Below, piece after piece: positions 35,888-46,008 of a DNA stretch of 64,000 bases (positions are counted from its first letter, which is position 1; the number at the start of each line of letters is the position of its first letter). Origin of the DNA: Rhizaria sp. SCN 62-66 (taxonomy: Eukaryota); assembly GCA_001724265.1 (NCBI GenBank), contig MEDY01000036.1, forward strand, positions 62,001 to 126,000, given 5' to 3'. The position numbers were made by a program, and so were the translations under genes. The notes below the pieces were generated by a model. That model was not told the origin of the DNA, made no database searches, and was given only the letters and a program-made list of their open reading frames with translations.

Positions 35888-36799
35888 ATGCGCTCTCTTG
35901 CAACAGTAGCAGGTTTTCTGTGCTTATTATTATGCATTATAAATATTGTGATAGTATGTTCATCTGGTGTTCTTGACTACTCGCCGCAAGGCGTTTGGGG
36001 CGCACTTCCTGCCTTCCCAGTTTTCACCACCTTCGCGCACGCAACTCTACAGCAACAGCAGCTGCAGCAGCAGCAGATTCAACAGCAGCAACTTCGCGCG
36101 CAGCGTCTTACTACTCTCAGCTCTCTTACGCCAGCATCTCCTGCTCCGTTCAATGGTGCCGCCAACGCTCTCAGTAGCAGCTCTGACGAAGCACTGCGAT
36201 TGCGGCAGTCAGAGCTGCGCTCACGGTCGTCCCGCTCTAACTCGGCTGAGTTCTCACGTGTTGGTCGCACGTCGCGCACGAATTCGCTTGCCAGTAACTT
36301 GCTTCAAGTTAACATGGAACATGAGGGGATGCACTCAACGCTACAAGTGCCGCCGCCACCGCTGCTGCCTCTGACTCCTGCTCCTGCCCCAGCTCCAGTG
36401 CCCGCGCTTGGCATACCCCCCCTGGCACCGTTACCGATTATTCCTTTGAGTGCTCCAAGTACTAAACTCCACCAACAGCATTAGCAACATCAAGTGCAGC
36501 CGCAACCGTTTGCGGTCCAGTCAAACACTGTCTCTTGGCAGACTGTGCCGCCGCAACACGCAATGAAAACGCAGTCACAAATTCAAACACCGTTACAAGT
36601 GCCTGATCGTACAGCCGCCGTTGCAGCGCAGCCTCAAACTCGGCACACTCTAGCAGTGCCTCCGCCGCCCGCGCCCGCTCCTGTACCGGCGCCTGCGCCA
36701 GTCCCTGCGGCAGCACCGCTGCCGTTCGTCCCTGCCCCTGCGCCTGCGCCTGCCCCTGCCCCTGCCCCTGCGCCTGCGCCTGGGCTTGCGCCTGGGCTT

Positions 36800-36832
<33 letters not shown>

Positions 36833-39800
36833 CCTGCTCCAATCCCGTCCCCAGTGGTTCCCCTTGCTTTCAGTGGCCGCACGCGCCATGTCACCACTGC
36901 AACAGCGACAGCTGCTACAAACGCTGGCACTAATGCGGCCAATTTTGCCAATGTGCCCGTAGCAACGGAGACGCGGCAGTTCACGCCGAGGACAGCCGTT
37001 CATATATCTCCAACAACTGCCTCCGGACTGACAGCAACAGAAGCTAGCCCTGCTCCGCCCAGTGACGTTAGCGCTGCGCCTCCTAGCACAGCTGAGTCTT
37101 GGGGTGACACATTCAGAACCGCTCTTAGCGCTCCCTTAGAGACCATCAGCAATCTGGGCGCCTCCGCGTCCGCTGCGGCAAGCTCACTCGCATCGCGTGT
37201 GCTGGCCTCAACCGCAAGCGTTACGTCGGTGGCGCAGACCACACTAACTATGCGCTCTGCAGCCGGTAGTTCTGACAGTGGTAGTCACGATGGCGTGATG
37301 TAGTATGACTTCACGGAAACCCTCGGTACTGCTCACGGAGCCCCTGTCACAGTCTCATGGTCGCTTATCTCTGACACAGCGGGTAAGAGTAGTGGTACAA
37401 ACAGTAGTACTGGCCATCAATCCGCGACGTCTGCAGTGCGAATGTCGATCAAGGCTCGCCCAGCGCCTCTTAGTTCCACTGGCAGCGCAGATGCAGATGC
37501 GATTGTGGGCAACTATCTGTCAGTCGCGTTTGCAGAGAAAGAAGGCACAATGATTGGCAGCGAGGCTGTTGTTGGCTGGCTTTCTGACGCAAAGACTGCC
37601 ACAAATGAAGGCAGTGGTCGTGTGCTAAATCAACACGTGAATGTATACCGTCTAACCTCAAAGTCGAGCCGAGCTGTTGCTAATGCAGTTGTGCCAGTGT
37701 CAGCGGGGTACTTACGTGATGCAAGCATTGAACCGGTGAGTGATGACACTGGAATGCTCGAGCTGCGTTTTACTCGTCCGCTGTCAGTTCCAACCATCGC
37801 GGGCTCAGCTCCGTTCCTTACACTCACAGTAGAGTCAGGCTCTGACAGCACTAACAGTGGCGAGGCATCCTTGCGAACCTCAGGTGCCCTTGCTGCAACG
37901 CTTCGCAGCAGCGGGACGCCAATCCTCTGGGCCGCTGGCCCCGCTTCCGCCGCCTCATCCCCGCCGGCCTCGGCCCCCAACAGCAGCCCATCGTACCACG
38001 GCGACGAGCGCGGCGCTGCTACACTGCATCTGCGCTCAGGCCAAGCCACAGCGGCGCGCAAGCACGACGAGTGGGTTCCGTACTATATTGTTGCTGTGTG
38101 GTGCGCGTTGCTTCTTATCTTGGGCACATTAATGGCGTGGTGCGGCTATAAGTCAGAGACTCTGCGCAGTGCAAGCGAGCAGGGGATCTTTGCCCCAATT
38201 CTGCTCTGGGGGAACAGGATAATCCGCAGTCACACAAAGATTAATCCTCCAGCTGCACAGACAGCAACGCTGAATGGCAGCAGCAATGGCAAAAACAATG
38301 TGGTGAGCCAACGCGTAAAGCCTCGTACTGCGGCAAATGATGACCGCAAGCATGACGGCAATAGAACTCTTTCGGGTCGGGGCGACAACGATGAAGATGA
38401 AGAAGAAAGCGACTACACGCAAATGCAGCAGTACAACGGTGCTGGTGTTGGCAATCGATGGGTTGAGCTACTGCCAGTTGCTTTGAACAACCATGGTGCT
38501 GATGCTAATGCAAACGCGGGCGGTAATAACACCGCGCTGACGCAGCAACAGCAGCAGCAACAAAGTAAAGCGACAACTAAACGCAATGTGAGTAGTCACG
38601 AGTACACCAGCACTTTAGCGCGTGCCCTAGCAACTGTGCGCGCGCTTACGCCAGGGTACATATCACATGCCACGCTGCCGCACATGCTGTTCTTCGTCCT
38701 TGTGGCAACCATGCTCATTGTCTTTGCAATTACGCGCTTTGACTCGAAGCCCACCGGCTCTCAGGCCTGGCGCGGCGCCCTCGGCGACACAACAATGCTC
38801 TGTCTCGCCCTGACTTTGCTTGCGCCTAACCGCCACTCAGCGCCCGCATTCATGCTTCAAGTGCCCTGGGAGTCTGCTGTTATCTGGCACAGGCTTGCTG
38901 GTCGCGTTGCGCTTATATTTTCCATAGCGCATTTCGCCCTAGGTCCTACCGCAGCAGTTGAGCATCCAACTGGACTTGCCGCATTCATCCTGCTCATGCT
39001 CATTGCCGTTCTCTCTGTTGGCCCGCTGCGCCGCATGTCGTACAACGCGTTCTACGTGTTACACATGCTGATGTCTCCCGCGCTGTTAATACTTGCGTGT
39101 TTCCACGCTCCAACCGTGCGGACTCTGGCTATCCTTGTCATCCCCGTTGCGGTAAAGCTCGCCGACTGGGCCTGCCGTGCCGGCGAACGCTGCAGCACTG
39201 CGCACCTGCTCTCATTGCGCGCCTATGACAAGTTCACCGAGGTCACCGTGCGCGCGCCTAAGGGTCTGCGCTGGGACCCTGGAGCACACTGCCATCTGTA
39301 CATACCGGCGCTGGACGCCGCCGTAGCCCACCCGTTTTCAGTTGTCAACGCAGTGTGGTGCGGCGAGGCAGCGGCGGGGGTTGCAGCAGCGTTGCGCGCG
39401 TTGGACTCCGCGGGATTGACTCATAGTAGCATGATTATAAACAGTGGCGCGGACGGTAAGACAGCTGTTGCAAAAAGCAGTAGCGTAAGCACGCTTGGCA
39501 TCAGCACCTTGGCAGCTAATGTAAGGGGCAAACGGGAGCTTATACTGCCGATTATTGGGTGCAGCAACGAGCGTAGCAAGAGCGATCAGAGGAAGTATTT
39601 TTACTATCCCAACGGGATTCCCGCGCAGGTTCGGCGCACAAATATTAACAACTACGCTGTCACAAACTCATCGCTGCCATATCCCGTTTTTTCCCACGTG
39701 AATGCGAGCGCTACTACCCAAACCTCAGCACGAGCGCTGCCGCCGCTGCCGCCCAACAGTGGCAAGAGTGCGGATGTTAGTACCTCCGGTGGTGCTGGTA

Positions 39801-42800
39801 CCTCTGCTGAGATGGCCACCGGACCCAGTGCCCGTGCTCCGCTGCCGCCTCCGTCAGTGCCGCCAGAACACTTTGGCGACAATGGCTACTTACATCCAGG
39901 TCAGCCAAGCTACACCAGATCTTACACTGAGCCAACGCACAGCCACAGCTACGATGACTACGACGACAGTAGTCACGGCCACACTAACGATGAAGACGGT
40001 GATCAGAGTGTCGTTGATAGCGAAGGGGTGGATAGTCACAGATACGTCCCGTGGTCGTCGTTGCTTGCGACACCTGCAACAACGGTATTTTCTCCTCACA
40101 ACAACCTACATGTGAACAATATTGAGATCAGCAACACTGCTAGTTACCCTAACGCAGGCGTTCATCTCACCGAGACTAACATTGCTGTGACTGGTAGCAA
40201 TAGTGGCGCTACTAACAGCAGCGCTAGCCCTGATCCGCCCGCGACTGCAAACGCAACCGCTGGCAATCGGCTTCCTGCTACCGTTAGCAACAACAACAAC
40301 GCTCATGTTGTTGCGGTTGCGAATCGTCCGACGAATGCAAACACGCAGCGCACCCCTCGCGCGCGCCGCCACTTCCCTCCTCCGACAAGTGTCACACACG
40401 CAAATGGCAACGGTATGTTGAGCAACACAAACGCTAATCTGGTTAACAATGGCAGCGGCAATATTGTCGACTTTAGCTCGTTTGCCTCAGCGACTGCCCC
40501 GACGCCGGCCCCGCTTACGGTCACGCCGTGGGACGCCGCGGCTGCAGCGCACAGACTACCGGTTCACGGTCACTTGATCAACGCCCATGGGCAACCTATT
40601 CTTCGTGGTCATTTTGACATTAACGAAGATGGAATCGATGGCGGCGGCGACGGCGGCACAGTTTCGCACAGCCTTGTATCGCAACATCAACAACAGCAGC
40701 AGCCTAACAATGGTGGCGTTGATCGTGGAGTGTTTGGCCCTGGAAACAACGCTGCTCGTGGCAGTATTCACATGGCCCACTTGCCGACGCCTATGGCGGA
40801 CTCGAGCAACAACGACATGGTAAACAACGCGATCCCCACAAACCCTGTTGGCATGCGTAGTGGTGCGCCCAATAATAGCAGTAGTGCTGCAGTTTACTCC
40901 AGCCAACCTGGCGTTACTTTGCACAGTGATGCCTGCTGCTACGCGCCTGCGCCTCCTGTGGCATCGGTGCCCGGCGCATGGGGCTATTTGACTGCAAAGC
41001 CGACTGTCACACCACCTGCAACATGCCCTCGCTGCAACCACAGCTACGACGACGAAGTTGACGCGAACGGTAACATTATCGTGAACTCCTGCAAGCATGG
41101 CGGTGAGAACTGTAGCATCGGTGTCGCTCAGCGTAACGGCAACGTTAAGTGCGTACGTTGCGGGTATAAGCTCACCACAACCGTCCAGCAGCAACGACAG
41201 CGGCAACAGCAAGCCCGTGCCAGCGCCTATTACCGCTCAGTCGCCGCCTCTCTCGGACTCCCGTGGCTAACCCCTGCCACCGCTGCCGCGTTCGGTCGCG
41301 AGGCCGAAGTGACTGATCCGGGTCTGGGGCCTGTGATGACGTTCTACGTCAAGAACATGGGCGATGACACGTGGACTGGCAAGCTGCATGCGCGGGCGAC
41401 TCAAATCACGCAGCAACAACGCGCTAAGGCTGAGCAGGACAAATACAACGCTGACGTGCGTTATTGGAGCCGCGGTGAAACAGGCGGGCCACCGCAAACG
41501 CAGCGCCAGGGCAACTATCAGGCTGATGAAGCTACAATGCTGAGGGACTGTGAGCAAGGCTTACTTAAGCTGCCAAAATCCCTGCCTCTGTACCCTGGCA
41601 TGCCTGTGTCACCCGTGCCACCGGCTCCACCTTTGGACGCAGTAGCAGCAGCAACAGCAGCACCGCCAGCAGCAAATGCTGCAGTAACTGCAGGGAGCAC
41701 GGTGGGTAAGAATGAGCAGCTTGGGGCCTTGACTGACTACGCTAAGCGATACAAAGACGGTAGCTCGAGTACTGCGACGAATTTTCCTGCAGCCACGGAT
41801 AGTGTTCAGGATAGTTTGATGCGAACTCGTGATGGCGACTGGGGTGATGCCAAGCACGACGAGTATAATAGCAAGAACTCTACCGCGACTCTTCCGACAA
41901 ATGCCCACTGTAGCACAAGCACCAACGCTCACAATAGTCACGCTGGCGGAAAGCACGCTCGAAACAAGAAACGAGGCAAGGGCAAGGGGAAGCACAGCCC
42001 CAGTATCCACAGCCCTAACAAGAGCGACAACAAGACTCACCAGCAGCAACGGCAGCCGCAAGAAGAGGAAGAAGAAGACGGTACTGTTACTGCCGGTCCT
42101 GCTGTTGCACTCACAAACGCGGCCCGCAGCAGTCTCACTGTTGTTTCTCCGCCGAGCACGAACAACAATAACGCGAGTAGAAATAACGCCGGTGTCGGCG
42201 ACACGCTAATCGACATTGCGCTCTCACCGCCTCATTCAACAACTACATCAACCCTATCGTCCAAGGCAGCTCTCCCCAGCACCACCAGCAGCACAAAGGA
42301 CGTGACTAGCAAAGCTCAAACCCAAGCCGCCTCAAACAAGATCAAGAGTGGCGATCTAACAAAGATGGGCAGCTTACCTTTAATTCGCGTGCAGCGTCCG
42401 CTGTCGGGCGCACCTTACCTTTCCGTCTCGCTAGCGCACACCCGCAACCTGCTGCTCTGCTGCGGCGGCACCGGCATCACGCCCGCGCTCGCCTACGTCC
42501 ACCGCCTCTGGCAACTCAGCATCATCGCCCGCGCGCGCGCAGTGACGCTCGCGGTGCGGGCGCGTGGCGTCAAGGTGCCCGCGGCGGCGGAGGACGCGGC
42601 CGGGCTGTCGTCGCTGACGCCACCCGCGCAGGCGCACCCCGACGTATTTTGCTGCAGTCCGGACGCCGCGCAGGAGCTGCGCGACAGGCGCTGCGAGCAC
42701 GGCCAGTCTAGCAGCATTATAAGCAGCAGTAGTGGCGCAGCCAGTGCGGCTTACACTCGGGCCACGGGTGGCGCTCATGGTTACTCTACGACTCACAGTC

Positions 42801-44458
42801 ATCCGCCTGTCAACGACAGTGTGTGGGGCGACTGGGAGGAGAAGGGGCAGCGGCGTGTGCTGCTTGTGTGGTGCGTAAACGACCTGGAGCTCCTGTCAGT
42901 TGTGCTACCAAGGCTGCAAGCGTTTGCGGCGCCCGCGGTGGCTGAGATCGAGCTAAGTACTCCCTTAGCTGCGCCGAGTGCAAACAAGGGACGCGTTGAC
43001 TTAAGTAGCAGCAACACAAGCAACAAGAACATCCAGACTACTGCTACAACGGCCACAGCAAGCAGCGCGGAAAACCCTAGCATTGAAACTGGTGCTGCGG
43101 TTTCTGCTCCTGGCCGCAGTGATGTCAACGTTCCTAGTGCTGCACCTGCCAGCAGCATCGCTTCCAGCGCTGCCAGCAGTCTCAACAGGGCTCAAGCGTG
43201 GTACAGTGTTGGCTTCATCCATATCGCAGTGTTTTACACTGGCACCGAACTCTATCCCGACAATATGGCAGCAACTGACAACACTACCGAGTACAAGTAT
43301 GCGAATCAGTCAGCAAACATTCTCCCGCAGCCGACTGTGACAGTAGCGAAGAGCGGCAACTCTGGCTCACAGCCGCAGGGTCAAGCTGCTCAAGAGCAAG
43401 CGCGGTCGCGATCGGCGTCCCGCTCCAAGAGCGTTGTCATCACTGACATGTCCGGCGTCGCGGAGCAAACGTGGGACGAGAACGCTGCGCACGCGCCCGT
43501 GTTAGCAGACGCTGCGTTCAACGGCACTTTGCTCGATGCGATCACAAGCGTCACTCCGCCCAGCGCTGTCGCAGCAGCGGCAAAGCATGGTCATAGAGGC
43601 TCGAAGGAGTCCAACACGTACACATACGCCGGCGTTAACACGGGCAATATTAACGCCAATGCTAGCGTCGATACTGCTGCCAACCCAGGAGCTCCACCGC
43701 CAATTCCTCCTCGGCCTGCGCACAGTCACTCTACTGCTGTTCACGGTCACCCAGCCATTGCCCACAGTCAACCTACTGCCGCATACTCGCAACCGGCAGT
43801 GTCATTTGCAGCGACCGCAGCGGCGCCAACGTGCCTGTATGATATTGCTCCGCTTGCACTTGCAACCGTGCCAGCAGCGTTCCGTGGCGGCGTCGACATC
43901 ATCGTGGGGCGGCCTAACTTCAAGTCGCTGATGTCTGCGTTCCTCCACACCGACGAGGTGGCCAAGGCAAAAACCGAGGCCGCGCGCGGCGGCACCGTCG
44001 GCCTGCGTGGCAGCGGCGGCTCGGGCGCGGGGGTGCGCGCTGCGTACGCGCACAGGAAGCAAGAGCAGCGGCAGAAGCGCCAGCCCAGTGATTCCGATGA
44101 CGACAACGACGATGACGGCAAGGAAGAAGAGGACGAACAAGACGAGGAAGGTCGCGTCGGCACCGGCGTCAATATCAATGGTAGTAGTGTTCGCGGCCAT
44201 GTTGCTGGCGGCCACGGTCACGCGGCGGCGCATAACCTCGGCGCGTTCCAGAGCAAGGCCGCCGCACTTGCCTGGGACCACGTGCTCCGCACTGACCGCA
44301 ACCACCGCACTCTAAACAACAGCTGCAGCGGCGGCTGCGGGCTTGATGCGAGCGACACCGCGGTGTTTACGTGCGGACCTGAGGCGATGGTGACCGATGT
44401 GAGGGCCGTGGCGCTTGAGATGGACATCCCAGTCCACTCCGAGCAGTTTTACATTTGA
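35888..44458 (+). CDS. Signal peptide + Pro/Ala linker + DOMON domain + ferric reductase (TM heme, FAD- and NAD(P)H-binding) fusion, ~2856 aa if the TAGs at 36482 and 37301 are sense
   Basis: Signal-like '[26 protein letters not shown]'. DOMON: 'YLSVAF...[10 protein letters not shown]', 'LRFTRPL', 'ILWAAG', 'YHG'. FRD: 'WHRLAGR...AH', 'FYVLH...FH', 'HPFS', 'GGTGITP', 'CGPEAM', 'HSEQF'. ORFs 35798, 36494 and 37436 share one frame and are separated only by TAGs. Confidence 0.85.
36662..36842 (+). repeat. Coding (CCTGCG/CCTGCC)n repeat encoding a Pro-Ala stalk
   Basis: A 6-bp periodicity is directly visible, translating as PAPAPA. Confidence 0.85.
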
Positions 44459-44560
44459 GAACTTAAAGAACATTTGAATAAACATGAATACACTCCTTAT
44501 TTGGTTAGTGGTCCTGTAAACATAAAAAATCGACTTTATTTGGAATTTTCATGCGGTCGT

Positions 44561-45608
44561 TCAGTCCTTCTTGCGCGCCGCAAGCATGGCCTTGAGCTAG
44601 CCCTCAGCCCGCTGGCACTCGCTCTTCACCTCCGCGTGATGCCGCTGGGCCTCCGCGACCTCCTTCTGCGCGCGCGCCAGCTCGCCGCCGCCGTCCGCGG
44701 CCGCCAAGCGCGAGAGCTCTCGGGTTAAGCGTGCCTCCTCCTCCAGGTTCGCGCGACACACGGCCTCGAGCTGGGCAAGCTCTCCTCGCAGCCGCGTGGC
44801 CTCGGCCGCTGACGCCGACGCCGCGGTCGTTAGGGCCTCGCAGCGGGCGCGCGCGGCAGTGGCGGCGCGACGACGGCGCGCACCCTCGGCTTTGAGCGCA
44901 ATGAGCTCGGCGGTGGCGGCGCGCAGGTCCGCCTCGGTGGAGTTAGCGTTGTCGCAGAGGTCTAAGAAGGAGGTGTGGTTTTGAACCATGCTGATCATCT
45001 TATCCTGCAAGTCAAGTCTGTGAAAAACAAGTAAAGAAAGGTTTTTGCTTTTAATATTGTAGAATGTCGCGCGAACAAGTGAAAACATCGTGTCTTCAAG
45101 TCTTGATCGAACGTAAGAGAAGTTGGGATTTGACGTACTCTGCCTGCATCAGACTGGCCTTGGCGGCGCGCACATCGGACTCGAGAGATGCGATCTCATC
45201 ATCCAACTTACGCTCCTCACACAGCTCAAACGCGGTGCTGCTAGCAGCGTTGTGTTCCGCGTCGAACTCAAGCTGTTGGATCTCAAGTTCAAGTGACGCC
45301 TTAATGCTATACGACAGTGCCAAGTGTGACGAACAGGGACGAAAGTTAGAATACGATGTACCACACGCATTCGGCTATTCCAAGACAAAAACAGCAAATG
45401 ATAATATGACAACGTACTGATAAAGCTCCTTTAGGCGCGCGTTGTGCTCGATATCAGCCTCGTCGAGCTCTTGCCTGCGTTGCTCGAGTTGGTCGGCGTG
45501 TTGACGCGCTTCCTCGAGCTCTTTGCGCACGCGCACAGTGTCGCGCTCAAGCAAATCGACTTTTGCAAATAGCGACGAAACAGTGTCCGCGATGGACGAG
45601 GATGACAT
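44561..45608 (-). CDS. Coiled-coil protein of unknown function (~271 aa); exons 45608-45418, 45306-45139, 45017-44561; in-frame TAG at 44597-44599
   Basis: Heptad-rich sequence and two phase-compatible GTACGT...AG introns. After the TAG the frame continues as LKAMLAARKKD to a TGA at the GC/AT boundary. Confidence 0.72.
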
Positions 45609-46008
45609 AATACTTTTGTCGGTGCTTGACGACTTCAGTCGAGAGATCTAGCAGTCTTTCCTTCGTCGGATTGTTCAAGTCGTGAAAGCAGTGGTTCGTG
45701 GCAAGATTTGTGTTTAAAAGTGTATTATTGAGATCAAACTATAATATGATTGGAGAAACGTATATGTAAGAAAGAAAACAAAGCAAAATGAAACGAAAAA
45801 CGAAAATGAAAGAACAAAGTAATATCTACGTAGAACAAGCGTGTGTCGTGTTCGTTGAAAAGACAAGCAAACAGCAGCACATCAATGAGGAGAGTTATTA
45901 TAAGCAAGCGTAAGCCAGCAATACATGTTTGACAAGCAGAAGCCTTAGGTAGAACGGTACTCAAAAAGCACAACCTAAGATCAACTAATTTGCAGCTGAC
46001 ATGTTTGC

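Noticed and set aside
2620-37303. A-to-I editing (UAG to Trp) or pyrrolysine at the TAG sites
   Set aside because: The sites lie in disordered or Gln-rich contexts where Trp or Pyl is implausible, and pyrrolysine is not known in eukaryotes. Not formally excluded without RNA data.
39360-41325. Intein in the ferric reductase insert
   Set aside because: No convincing N-terminal splice motif or His-Asn C-terminal motif and no LAGLIDADG blocks; composition matches the genome-wide low-complexity inserts.
2620-44599. Pseudogenisation as the explanation for the in-frame stops
   Set aside because: All interruptions are TAG, with no frameshifts and no in-frame TAA or TGA; catalytic motifs and splice sites are intact.
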